IMG/VR virus record: IMGVR_UViG_3300020810_001156
Span: 124,001-188,000 of that record
DNA: 64,000 nucleotides
Strand: one strand, 5' to 3'
Shown here: positions 54,167 to 63,712 of the stretch, piece by piece
How positions within the stretch are numbered: position 1 is the first letter of the stretch
Layout of the letters: the number at the start of each line of letters is the position of its first letter
Position numbers and translations under genes: made by a program
The notes under the pieces: generated by a model
The model's input: only the letters and a program-made list of their open reading frames with translations
The model's database searches: none
What the model was told of the DNA's origin: nothing

Positions 54167-55873
54167 ATGAGCGATAGAAAATTATTTGATTGGATTAACG
54201 AAGAATCCGTTACCTTTTTAAGAAGGGGGTATTTAAGTGAAGGTGAAGAACCTTTAGATAGAATTAAAACAATTGCAAACCATGCAGAAAAACTATTAGA
54301 AATCGAAGGATTTGCTGATAAGTTTATTGATTATATGGGTAGAGGGTGGTATTCACTTTCATCACCTGTATGGGCAAACTTTGGTAAGAAAAGAGGTTTA
54401 CCAGTTTCTTGTTTTGGTTCTAATATTGGTGATAACATTGAATCAATTCTATATACTCAAGCTGAAGTTGGTGAAATGAGTAAAATGGGAGGCGGAACTT
54501 CTGGTTACTTTGGTAACATCAGAGGTAGAGGTGCTGAAATTACTGATAATGGACATGCACCTGGCGCTGTTCACTTTATGAATCTCTTTCAAAGTGTAGT
54601 AGATAATATTTCACAAGGTTCAACTCGTAGAGGTAGATTCTCACCATACTTACCAATCGAACATCCAGATATTATGGAGTTCTTAGAAATTGGAACTGAA
54701 GGTGCAACTATCCAAGACCTTACACATGCGGTAACTGTTTCTGATGAGTTTATGGAAGAAATGATTGCTGGTGATACTGAAAAAAGAGCTGCTTGGGCAA
54801 AAGTAATCCAACGAAGAGGTGAAATCGGATATCCATATATTATGTTCTCAGATACGATGAACAAAAATACTGTGGATGTTTATAAAGATAAAAACGCTAA
54901 AATCTATAACTCTAATCTATGTTCTGAAATCGCTCTTCATAACTCAGAGGAAGAATCATTTGTTTGTGTACTTTCATCTATGAATGTTCTACACTATGAT
55001 GAGTGGAAGGATACTGATGCAGTTGAAACGATGACTTACTTCTTAGATGCGGTTGTAACCGAATTCCTTACTAAGATTGAAGCTATTAGAGATAATGGTA
55101 CAATTGAAGGTAAAAGAGCATTCTTCTACTTAGAAAAAGCATACAACTTCGCTAAAAGACAAAGAGCATTAGGTTTAGGTGTTTTAGGATGGCACTCATT
55201 TATTCAATCAAAAGGATTACCATTTGATAGTAGAGATGCGGCAAGATTAAATGTTGAAGTATTTAAACTAATCAAAGAAAAATCATATAAAGCATCCGAA
55301 GAGATGGCTGAAAAATATGGTGAACCTGAATACCTCAAAGGATATGGTAGAAGAAATGTAACTTTGAACGCTATTGCACCTACCACATCTTCAGCATTTA
55401 TCTTAGGACAGGTATCACAATCAATTGAACCAATTTGGTCAAATTGTTATGTAAAAGATGTTGCTAAAATGAAAGTAACAATCAAAAACCCAATCTTAGA
55501 AAAATTACTTGAGGAGTTGGGTAAAAATGATAAAGAAACTTGGAATAGTATTAAACAAAATGATGGTTCGGTTCAGCATTTAGAGTTCTTAACTCCTATA
55601 CAAAAAGAGGTATTCAGAACTTTTGCTGAAATCAATCAATCTACTATTATTAACCAAGCAGCAATCAGACAGGATTACATTGACCAATCACAATCTTTGA
55701 ATCTAATGATTGCACCTGATATGCCAACTAAGGATGTAAACAAACTCCTTATTGATGCATGGAAGTTAGGAGTTAAAACACTTTACTACCAACACTCAAT
55801 GAATTCAGCACAAGCTTTCGCTAGAAAGAAACTTGGATTGAATGATTTACATTGTGTTGCTTGTGAGGGATAA
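54167..55873 (+). CDS. nrdA: ribonucleotide reductase alpha subunit (short, no ATP-cone)
   Basis: PVSCF, SNLCSEI, IAPTTSS, DQSQSLN, KTLYY, C-terminal CVACEG. Confidence 0.95.
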   Translation: MSDRKLFDWINEESVTFLRRGYLSEGEEPLDRIKTIANHAEKLLEIEGFADKFIDYMGRGWYSLSSPVWANFGKKRGLPVSCFGSNIGDNIESILYTQAEVGEMSKMGGGTSGYFGNIRGRGAEITDNGHAPGAVHFMNLFQSVVDNISQGSTRRGRFSPYLPIEHPDIMEFLEIGTEGATIQDLTHAVTVSDEFMEEMIAGDTEKRAAWAKVIQRRGEIGYPYIMFSDTMNKNTVDVYKDKNAKIYNSNLCSEIALHNSEEESFVCVLSSMNVLHYDEWKDTDAVETMTYFLDAVVTEFLTKIEAIRDNGTIEGKRAFFYLEKAYNFAKRQRALGLGVLGWHSFIQSKGLPFDSRDAARLNVEVFKLIKEKSYKASEEMAEKYGEPEYLKGYGRRNVTLNAIAPTTSSAFILGQVSQSIEPIWSNCYVKDVAKMKVTIKNPILEKLLEELGKNDKETWNSIKQNDGSVQHLEFLTPIQKEVFRTFAEINQSTIINQAAIRQDYIDQSQSLNLMIAPDMPTKDVNKLLIDAWKLGVKTLYYQHSMNSAQAFARKKLGLNDLHCVACEG

Positions 55874-55898
55874 TATTAAACATTAAATTATAAAAGCT

Positions 55899-56162
55899 AT
55901 GATAGAAATTAAAAAATTCGAAGCAGATTGGTGTGGTCCTTGTAGGATGTTAAAACCAACATTTGAAAAATTAGAAGAATCATTTGGAAATTCCGTAAAA
56001 TTTTCGTATATTAACGTGGATGAAAACCAAGATGAAGCAGCTAAGTATTCAGTTCGTTCAATTCCAACCGTTGTTATTGAAAAAAACGGAGAATTGGTAG
56101 AAAGATTTACAGGTGCACAATCGGAGTTAGCATATAAGAATGCGCTAAACGAAGTTTTATAA
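55899..56162 (+). CDS. thioredoxin
   Basis: WCGPC active site; SIPT cis-Pro loop. Confidence 0.93.
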   Translation: MIEIKKFEADWCGPCRMLKPTFEKLEESFGNSVKFSYINVDENQDEAAKYSVRSIPTVVIEKNGELVERFTGAQSELAYKNALNEVL

Positions 56163-56165
56163 GGA

Positions 56166-56369
56166 ATGCCAATACTAAGAGGACAGACTCATCCTTCTGC
56201 AAAATTAACGGATGAGCAGGTTATACAAATAAGAAGGTTATGGAAAATGGGACACCGAAATGTAAGAGTGATAGCTCGAAACAATAAGGTATCCCCAGCC
56301 AATATCATTAAGATTGTCAAAAATAAAACTTGGACACACCTAAATGAATTTTGGTCTGGTAGTTTATGA
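56166..56369 (+). CDS. small HTH DNA-binding protein
   Basis: G..HP.AKLT..QV..IR...IA....VS...I..I...KTW.H, resembling the HTH tail of HNH endonucleases but standalone. Confidence 0.7.
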   Translation: MPILRGQTHPSAKLTDEQVIQIRRLWKMGHRNVRVIARNNKVSPANIIKIVKNKTWTHLNEFWSGSL

Positions 56370-57133
56370 AAGAGGAGAAAACATATTGTGATACTTCTAA
56401 ACTTTCCATTCGTCTTATAACCAAATCGGTAGCGAAGGATATCATTGTTAACAACCATTATAGTGGATTGTGGACAAAGGTATCTTACGCAATTGGTTTA
56501 TTTACCTCTGATGTAGAAGAACATCCTTTTTTTGATAATGTAGAAGATAAACTAATTGGAGTAGCTTGTTATGGAGACCCAATTGGTAGAAGTGCTGGAC
56601 AATCAATATCCCCTTTATTGGAAAGAACTGAAGTATTAGAACTAACTCGATTATTCGTATTCGATGGATATGGTTCTAATATAGAGAGTTGGTTCTTAGG
56701 TCAAACTTTTGATTGGTTAAGAGAGAATGTACCACAAATAAAAGCACTTATTTCATATTCAGACCCTAAAGAAGGGCATTGTGGTACAATTTACCAAGCA
56801 ACTAATTGGTTGTATCAAGGTAACAAACTAAGATTCAATGATAGTTGGGATTTCAGATGGGAAGCAGGTGGTGATTGGCACCACGGAAGAACTTCTTATG
56901 TGAAATTTGGAACAAATGACCCCAAAGAAATACAAAAAATGATATCATCTACTTTTTGGATAAAGAAAAATCCAAGAAAACATAGATATGTGTACATTTT
57001 AGCCAAAGGTGGTGAAAGAAGGAAGTTGTTAAACAATATTAAACATCCAACCTTCCCCTATCCTAAAGAAAATGAACAATTTGTGGAAGAAATTCATAGA
57101 ATGGACCCGATAAATTTGGAAATTACAAAATAA
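56366..57133 (+). CDS. Mom-like GNAT DNA-modification enzyme (copy 1)
   Basis: I...HYS, LIGVA.YG.P, VLELTRL, N.ESWFL, LISYSDP..GH.GTIYQATNW.Y.G, KHRYVY. Confidence 0.82.
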   Translation: MKEEKTYCDTSKLSIRLITKSVAKDIIVNNHYSGLWTKVSYAIGLFTSDVEEHPFFDNVEDKLIGVACYGDPIGRSAGQSISPLLERTEVLELTRLFVFDGYGSNIESWFLGQTFDWLRENVPQIKALISYSDPKEGHCGTIYQATNWLYQGNKLRFNDSWDFRWEAGGDWHHGRTSYVKFGTNDPKEIQKMISSTFWIKKNPRKHRYVYILAKGGERRKLLNNIKHPTFPYPKENEQFVEEIHRMDPINLEITK

Positions 57134-57146
57134 TTTAGTATATTTG
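57115..57146 (+). promoter_or_regulatory. Bacteroidota-type promoter
   Basis: TTTG-N20-TATATTTG. Confidence 0.75.
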
Positions 57147-57163
57147 TAAAAATTAGTAGTATT

Positions 57164-57322
57164 ATGACTGAATCAGAAGAAATTGAAGAAATCTTAATGG
57201 AATCATCATCTTATGGATTAAGAATAGAAGTAATGAAAACTGCTTCTGAAATTATGGGAAGTAATCCCAAAATGAGAAAAGTAGATGCATACCAACAAGC
57301 TTTCAACGAATGGGTAAAGTAG
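57164..57322 (+). CDS. small hypothetical protein (52 aa; not in ORF track)
   Basis: MTESEEIEEILMESSSYGLRIEVMKTASEIMGSNPKMRKVDAYQQAFNEWVK; sits 17 nt after the promoter and overlaps the next start. Confidence 0.65.
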   Translation: MTESEEIEEILMESSSYGLRIEVMKTASEIMGSNPKMRKVDAYQQAFNEWVK

Positions 57323-58116
57323 AAGGAAAGAAATATTGTGATGCTAGTAAAGTAAGTATTGCACCAATAGCTAAATCTATCGCTAAAGATATGATTATCA
57401 AAAAGCATTACACTCATGCTTGGACTGCATGTAGGTACGCTTTAGGTATCTATCATCAAATGGATGAAAAAGATATCTTTGGTAATGATAAAAAGTTGGT
57501 AGGAGTAGCTGTATATGGATTCCCAGTAGGAGCAAAAGCATCCACCTCAGTTTGTGAGGGATTAACAAAAGATAACATCTTAGAACTTACTCGATTGTAT
57601 GTTGATGATGGGTATGGTTCAAACATTGAGAGTTGTGCATTAGGTAAAACCTTCCAATGGTTAAAGGATAACGATACCAACATCAAAGTTCTTCTATCTT
57701 ATGCTAATAATGGACAAGGGCACTTAGGTGGGATTTACAAAGCAACCAATTGGATTTATCAGGGATTGAATACTGATATCGCTCTGATGCCAAATTGGGG
57801 TATTTCACTATCTAATGACCCATACGATTGGATTCACTCTCGAACTGTATTCAACAATTGGGGAAGTGGTAACTTAGAACATCTCAAAAAAGAAATCGGA
57901 AAAGAGGGATATAAAGAATTTTGGAGAAGAGAAGAACCTCCAAAACATAGATACATTCAGATTCTTGCTCAAAATAAAAAAGAGAAAAAGGATTTGATGA
58001 AAAGGTTGAAGCATGAGATTCGACCTTATCCAAAAGAGTTGAATGATTATAATACTGAAGTAGTACATCATTTAACCTATCCACCAGAGGAAAGTAACGA
58101 AATAAATTTTTGGTAA
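57310..58116 (+). CDS. Mom-like GNAT DNA-modification enzyme (copy 2)
   Basis: KKHYTH, LVGVAVYG.P, ILELTRL, LLSYA...GH.GGIYKATNW.YQG, KHRYIQ; clear paralogue of 56366..57133. Confidence 0.82.
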   Translation: MGKVEGKKYCDASKVSIAPIAKSIAKDMIIKKHYTHAWTACRYALGIYHQMDEKDIFGNDKKLVGVAVYGFPVGAKASTSVCEGLTKDNILELTRLYVDDGYGSNIESCALGKTFQWLKDNDTNIKVLLSYANNGQGHLGGIYKATNWIYQGLNTDIALMPNWGISLSNDPYDWIHSRTVFNNWGSGNLEHLKKEIGKEGYKEFWRREEPPKHRYIQILAQNKKEKKDLMKRLKHEIRPYPKELNDYNTEVVHHLTYPPEESNEINFW

Positions 58117-58133
58117 AAAAAAGTGAAAAAATA

Positions 58134-58165
58134 TTTGGATAATTAAAAAATTATTCTTATATTAG
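58134..58165 (+). promoter_or_regulatory. Bacteroidota-type promoter (variant -7 element)
   Basis: TTTG-N20-TATATTAG; spacer nearly identical to the 63649 copy. Confidence 0.7.
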
Positions 58166-58222
58166 TATCATAAAATTGAGCGGGGATGTTCCCCAAATGT
58201 TAAAACCCTAAAACAATAAGTT

Positions 58223-59983
58223 ATGGATTTTCCAAAAGTTACTAAAAAACAATTTAAAGAATTGATATCAAATATTAGAGATACCTATTTGGATTGGTGT
58301 GTTCATAATAACGAAACACACTTTGATGGTTGTACCATTACATGGGGAGATTTAAAAATGTATCCCAAAAAATATCAAGGTGAATTGGAAGTTGGTGATA
58401 TACAAAACTCTCAATCAAATAGAGACCCATCTATATTAGATACATCTAAAAAATTACCTAAAAAATTATCTTACGCACTTCGTATTATGGGTGGTAATTC
58501 ATCTTTCAACTTCTTACCATTGGGTATGTTAGATGATACTATCGCTCTACAAGCAGAAGATAGAGGGCATGAGGGTACTATATTGTTCTTTCACTATGAA
58601 AAGTCTTGGTCAAAATCAATATGGAAAAAAGTACAAAGACAATTAGATTCTGAACTACCTGAAGATGATAGAACAGCTAGCACTAAATTGATTGCAGAAA
58701 ATTTAAGTAATAAATTAAAAGATAAAAAAATAACTGAATTATCTTTATCTGAGGTAATACCATCATCGGTATGTAAGAAGCAATCAAATACCAATATTCC
58801 GATTCAAATAAAAGTATATCCAAATCGTGCAATGCATCGTAGAGAAATATTGGGCATCAATAATAGTGAGGATTCTTGGACAACTCACCAAAAGGGAATG
58901 TTATCAGCGGAGATAAAATTAGATGATAAATATGGTGTTGGTAATGATTATATGGATACTATCTATTCACTGGTAGAGGGAGATGAACTATTTCAGGGTG
59001 AAAAAACTATGTTTAGCCGCCATAACAAAGTAGGGGATAAGATGGAACGATTTGAAGAAGAAATCATTATGTTATGGAATAGTTCTAGGAAAACTAGAAC
59101 AGGTGGTATTTTGGATATTTATCGTGGATTTGATTGTTCAGCTGAAAAGAGAAGAATAAAGCAGTATGAGGATTATGTAATAGCTACTAATAAAACTGAT
59201 GCTGAAAATGAAGCTAGTGTTGGTAAAGAATTTCTTAATTGGATATCTGAATGTGTAGATATTAATACATTTGAAAATAACATAGAGCAGGTTATTAATA
59301 AGCATAATGGTTCATCAACTACCAACATCAATGATTTATCTATGACTAAAGTGGATTCTGCACTAATGATAGCTCATTTGATTGATAATTATATAAAATT
59401 ATCATCATCCAATCCAACGAAGGAAACGGTATTAAATGTAACTGGTTATGTGTTACAAATGGCTTCTGATTTAATATTGGAATCAAAAGTACAAAACGCT
59501 TTAATTAAAGCTGGTACTGGTGCCAATGGGAGATATAACAAATTCTATTCAATATTGGAAGAAGAGCTTAAAAAATTACCTTATGAAACTATTAGTGATG
59601 TAAAGAGTACTTTGATTTCTATGGCTAAACAATCATTAGATACCTCACTAAATCCAAATGGTGATATTTCTATGATTGACCGTAATAATGGTTCTAAATC
59701 TGAATTTAAAATAGTAACAATTAATATATCAAATGGTGTTGGGTTTGATAAAGGACATAAAAACTCTGGAAAAGATGGTAAAGATATTTCTAATTTCTTC
59801 CTACAATTTTCAGGTGATAATAGATTTCATTCAAACAAACGAAACTTTATTCCATCGGAATACTCTTTGGAATATCTAAACTCCATTAAACAATTTATGA
59901 ATACGCATGATTTAATGATGGATGATGATTGGCAAGAGGCATATCAAAACACTCGTAAATTTGTTAATAGTGTTTGGAAATAA
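58223..59983 (+). CDS. hypothetical protein with possible C-terminal HNH-like nuclease motif
   Basis: FDKGH...G.....NFFLQ...DNRFHSNK resembles HNH/DUF1524. Confidence 0.45.
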   Translation: MDFPKVTKKQFKELISNIRDTYLDWCVHNNETHFDGCTITWGDLKMYPKKYQGELEVGDIQNSQSNRDPSILDTSKKLPKKLSYALRIMGGNSSFNFLPLGMLDDTIALQAEDRGHEGTILFFHYEKSWSKSIWKKVQRQLDSELPEDDRTASTKLIAENLSNKLKDKKITELSLSEVIPSSVCKKQSNTNIPIQIKVYPNRAMHRREILGINNSEDSWTTHQKGMLSAEIKLDDKYGVGNDYMDTIYSLVEGDELFQGEKTMFSRHNKVGDKMERFEEEIIMLWNSSRKTRTGGILDIYRGFDCSAEKRRIKQYEDYVIATNKTDAENEASVGKEFLNWISECVDINTFENNIEQVINKHNGSSTTNINDLSMTKVDSALMIAHLIDNYIKLSSSNPTKETVLNVTGYVLQMASDLILESKVQNALIKAGTGANGRYNKFYSILEEELKKLPYETISDVKSTLISMAKQSLDTSLNPNGDISMIDRNNGSKSEFKIVTINISNGVGFDKGHKNSGKDGKDISNFFLQFSGDNRFHSNKRNFIPSEYSLEYLNSIKQFMNTHDLMMDDDWQEAYQNTRKFVNSVWK

Positions 59984-59995
59984 TTAAAATAAAAT

Positions 59996-61126
59996 ATGAG
60001 AGTATTAGTAATACCTAATTATACAAATTTTGGACAAGTAAAGGATATCAATAGGGATTCGTTCCTATTGGTATTCAAGTCCTTTTTAGATAACACACAA
60101 ATTGGAAAGGAGTGGGAGTGGGTCTTACCATATCCAGGTGGTGGAATGCACAATCATCCAGGTATTATAAACACTTTCGAATATCCGAATGTAACGATGT
60201 TACAAATGGACCCGATAGATTGTTTTCCAGCTAAGATGAGGGTTGATTATCCTCACAAATTTTTTGAGAAGGTTATTGAGAAATATGAAGGAAAATTTAA
60301 TCTCGTTTGGAGCCATTTACCTGAGTGGACAAATTTATTTAAGATATCAAGAATCTACAATAAATTACAACCTATAATTGGCTACTGCCATTGGAGCGAA
60401 ATACCCGAAAATGGTGCTAGAACGGAAAACTCATTTTGGACAAACATTAGAGGTATTTTACAAATGGAAGTTTGTGGTGTAAACTCTGAATATCAAAAAA
60501 GTGTTATTCTTAAAAACGCAGCTTTAGATTTCCAACCACATATTGTTGAAAAGTTGGATAAGATTATTCAACCTTGGTATTTAGGATGTGATACAGCTAC
60601 TCCTTCAAATGGATATGATGATAAAACAATCGTATTCAATCATAGAGAAGGTGTTTATACTGGTTCTAAATGGTTCTTTGAAACTATGGATGAGTTGTGG
60701 AAAGAAAGGCAGGATTTCAAAGTTTATACTACTTTGAAAGAAATGGGTAAACCTTATACAAAGTATATTGGAGCAGCTGATAGAAAAGTGTACCTAAGTC
60801 AATTATCAAAAGCACATTTTGGTGTTGGTACTTTCCAAGGTTATTCAGCTTGGAGTATGAGTACAACTGATGGATTTTCAGTAGGTGTACCATATTTACT
60901 ACCAAATGGTTTTTGTTATCCTGAAATGGTAGGTGATGATTATCCACTTCTTTATAATGGTAAGAAAGAATTTAAAGAAATGGTAATAAAGTTATTAGAT
61001 GGTGATATTCCAAGACCTGATGTAACTCACCTTGCTCAATCTCTCCTATGGGAATCACAAATTGAGAAATATTGGAATGTTGAGAAAAATTTTATTGGTA
61101 ACCTAAGAAAAGAATTTAACGATTAA
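59996..61126 (+). CDS. GT-B fold glycosyltransferase
   Basis: MRVLVI start; IVFNHR; WSMSTTDG..VGVPYLLP...YPEM donor-binding region. Confidence 0.8.
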   Translation: MRVLVIPNYTNFGQVKDINRDSFLLVFKSFLDNTQIGKEWEWVLPYPGGGMHNHPGIINTFEYPNVTMLQMDPIDCFPAKMRVDYPHKFFEKVIEKYEGKFNLVWSHLPEWTNLFKISRIYNKLQPIIGYCHWSEIPENGARTENSFWTNIRGILQMEVCGVNSEYQKSVILKNAALDFQPHIVEKLDKIIQPWYLGCDTATPSNGYDDKTIVFNHREGVYTGSKWFFETMDELWKERQDFKVYTTLKEMGKPYTKYIGAADRKVYLSQLSKAHFGVGTFQGYSAWSMSTTDGFSVGVPYLLPNGFCYPEMVGDDYPLLYNGKKEFKEMVIKLLDGDIPRPDVTHLAQSLLWESQIEKYWNVEKNFIGNLRKEFND

Positions 61127-63648
61127 TGTACCAAAACTGCTACTACCAAAGAGAAAAGAATCTCGTTCATATTTGGGATGATAAAAAAGGATACTTCAAT
61201 TTTCCTTATACTCGATACGCATACGAAAAGGCTGATAGAGGTGAGTTTACAACTCTTTATGGAGATAAAGTAACCAAAATCTACAAATTCACAAAAGATG
61301 ACCCAAATCTTTTCGAATCAGATGTACCTGAAACTACGAGAGTTTTGGTAGATACTTATACTGATTCGGATTTACCATCAGAAGGACACACTATTCTTAC
61401 TTATGATATTGAGTGTGAGATGGAGAGCGGTTTACCAAATCCAGAAGAAGCAGAGAATGAATTAACTTCAATCGCACTACATGATTCAGTAACCAATCAA
61501 TATTGGGTTTTGGTTATGGATAAAAGTGGTGATATGTTGGAAAGAAAAACTGATAAAGCAATTGTGATTCCATTTAAGCAGGAAGAACAAATGTTATTAA
61601 AGTTTTTAGAGTTATATGAGATGATTAATCCATCGATTGTAACTGGTTGGAATATTGATTACTTCGATACACCAATGTTATACAATCGTATCAAACGATT
61701 GTTGGGTAAAAGAGCCGCAAATCGCTTATCACCTATTGGTGAGTGTTTTTGGTCTCCTTATCGTAAAAGATTCTTTATGGCTGGTGTATCGTACTTAGAT
61801 TACTTAGCATTATACAAAAACTTCACATACTCGGAATTAGATTCTTATAGATTAGATTCCATTTCTATGAGAGAGTTGAATAGAAAAAAGATTGAATATG
61901 ATGGAAACTTAGACCAATTATTCAGAGATGATATTGAGAAGTTTATAGAGTATAACTTAGTGGATGTTGAACTTGTAGTAGAATTAGATAACAAACTTCA
62001 GTTCATTGATACCGCTCGAGGTATTTGTCACGCTGGGCATGTACCTTACGAAGATTTCGTTTATTCTTCAAAGTATTTGGAAGGAGCACTTTTATGTTAC
62101 CTAAAAAGAAAGGGTATTGTTGCACCTAACAAACCAGCTGATAGAAGAGAACGAATGGAAGCTCTTAAAGAGAATAAAGAAGAGAAGTTTATCGGAGCAT
62201 ATGTAAAAGCACCAATTGTTGGTAAATATGATTGGATATATGATTTGGATTTAACTTCCCTATATCCATCTATTATTATGACTATCAATATTTCACCTGA
62301 AACTAAGATGGGTAAAATTGAAGATTGGAGTGCTGAGGATTATGTTAAAGATAAAAGGGATAGTTGGGTTATCAATGGTGATACAATCACACAAGAAAAT
62401 CTAAAAAAGTTTTTTGAAAGAAGTAAGTTTTCAGTTGCATCAAATGGTGTTCTTTATAGAACGGATAAAGTGGGTTGTATTCCTGATATTTTGGACTTGT
62501 GGTTCTCTCAGAGGGTTGAGTTCAAAAACAAAATGAAAGAATATGGAAACAGTGGAGAAAAAGAAAAATACGAATGGTATAAGAAACGTCAGTTGGTTCA
62601 GAAAATTCTACTTAATTCTTTATATGGTGTGCTTGGCCTTCCTGCCTTTAGGTTCTATGATGTTGATAATGCTACCGCTGTTACCACAACGGGACAGACA
62701 GTTATTAAATCAACTGCGGATATGGCTAACATCAAATACAATAAGGAGCTTGGTACTCCTAATGCTGACTCTAATATATACATTGATACTGATTCTGTAT
62801 TTTTCTCAGCAGCTCCACTTTTAGACCATAGGATTCCAAATTGGAAAGATAATGAGCAAGATACTATTGCTGGATTCGTAAATGATATTGCAGGTGAAAT
62901 GCAAGATTATCTAAATGATTTTTATGATATTCTTGCTGAAAAAGTATTCAATGTAGATAAGGATAAACATCGATTTGAGATTAAGAAAGAATATGTTTCT
63001 AAATCAGGTATTTGGATTGCTAAGAAACGATATGCACAATGGATTATTTCCGATAATGGTGTACCTGTTGATAAGTTGGATGTAAAAGGATTAGATGTTG
63101 TTCGTTCATCATATCCAGCAGCATTTAGAAAGTTTATGAGTGAGGTTCTGATTGAAATCCTTAGAGGTGATACTGAAGAACAACTTACGAATAAAGTGTA
63201 TGATTTTAAAAAGAATCTACCAAATATGGATGTGGTGAAGATTGCAAAAGCTGGAGCTGTGAAAAACTTATCAAAGTATATGCCAAAGAAAAAGAATCAA
63301 ACAGCTATGTTCCAATTTCCATCTGGTTGTCCGGCGCATGTTAAAGCAGCAATTGCATATAATCAATTACTAAAACACTTTGGGGTGGAAAATCAATACG
63401 AACCCCTAAAGGATGGTGATAAGATTAAGTGGGTTTATCTAAAACAAAATCCATATGGGTTGGATGGTGTAGCTATGAATGGTTACAATGACCCACCTCA
63501 GATTATGGAACTGATTAACACTTATATCAATCACGATAAAATCTTCGAAAGAGAACTTCTAAAAAAATTAGAAGATTTCTACGGAGCATTAGATTGGGGA
63601 GAAGTTTTATCCTCAACAAAAACAGCTGAGAAATTTTTCTCATTTTAA
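61126..63648 (+). CDS. family B DNA polymerase (gp43-like)
   Basis: YDIE, TGWNIDYFD, YN..D exonuclease motifs; DLTSLYPSII, KILLNSLYG, YIDTDS, KKRY. Confidence 0.97.
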   Translation: MYQNCYYQREKNLVHIWDDKKGYFNFPYTRYAYEKADRGEFTTLYGDKVTKIYKFTKDDPNLFESDVPETTRVLVDTYTDSDLPSEGHTILTYDIECEMESGLPNPEEAENELTSIALHDSVTNQYWVLVMDKSGDMLERKTDKAIVIPFKQEEQMLLKFLELYEMINPSIVTGWNIDYFDTPMLYNRIKRLLGKRAANRLSPIGECFWSPYRKRFFMAGVSYLDYLALYKNFTYSELDSYRLDSISMRELNRKKIEYDGNLDQLFRDDIEKFIEYNLVDVELVVELDNKLQFIDTARGICHAGHVPYEDFVYSSKYLEGALLCYLKRKGIVAPNKPADRRERMEALKENKEEKFIGAYVKAPIVGKYDWIYDLDLTSLYPSIIMTINISPETKMGKIEDWSAEDYVKDKRDSWVINGDTITQENLKKFFERSKFSVASNGVLYRTDKVGCIPDILDLWFSQRVEFKNKMKEYGNSGEKEKYEWYKKRQLVQKILLNSLYGVLGLPAFRFYDVDNATAVTTTGQTVIKSTADMANIKYNKELGTPNADSNIYIDTDSVFFSAAPLLDHRIPNWKDNEQDTIAGFVNDIAGEMQDYLNDFYDILAEKVFNVDKDKHRFEIKKEYVSKSGIWIAKKRYAQWIISDNGVPVDKLDVKGLDVVRSSYPAAFRKFMSEVLIEILRGDTEEQLTNKVYDFKKNLPNMDVVKIAKAGAVKNLSKYMPKKKNQTAMFQFPSGCPAHVKAAIAYNQLLKHFGVENQYEPLKDGDKIKWVYLKQNPYGLDGVAMNGYNDPPQIMELINTYINHDKIFERELLKKLEDFYGALDWGEVLSSTKTAEKFFSF

Positions 63649-63680
63649 TTTGGATAATTAAAAAATTATTCGTATATTTG
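63649..63680 (+). promoter_or_regulatory. Bacteroidota-type promoter
   Basis: TTTG-N20-TATATTTG. Confidence 0.8.
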
Positions 63681-63712
63681 TAACACTTAAAAATAAATCT
63701 TAAAAGTAAATT

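Noticed and set aside
56166-56369. Homing endonuclease remnant or intron
   Set aside because: No HNH catalytic part or broken frame nearby; it is an intact coupled ORF, so it is treated as a standalone HTH.
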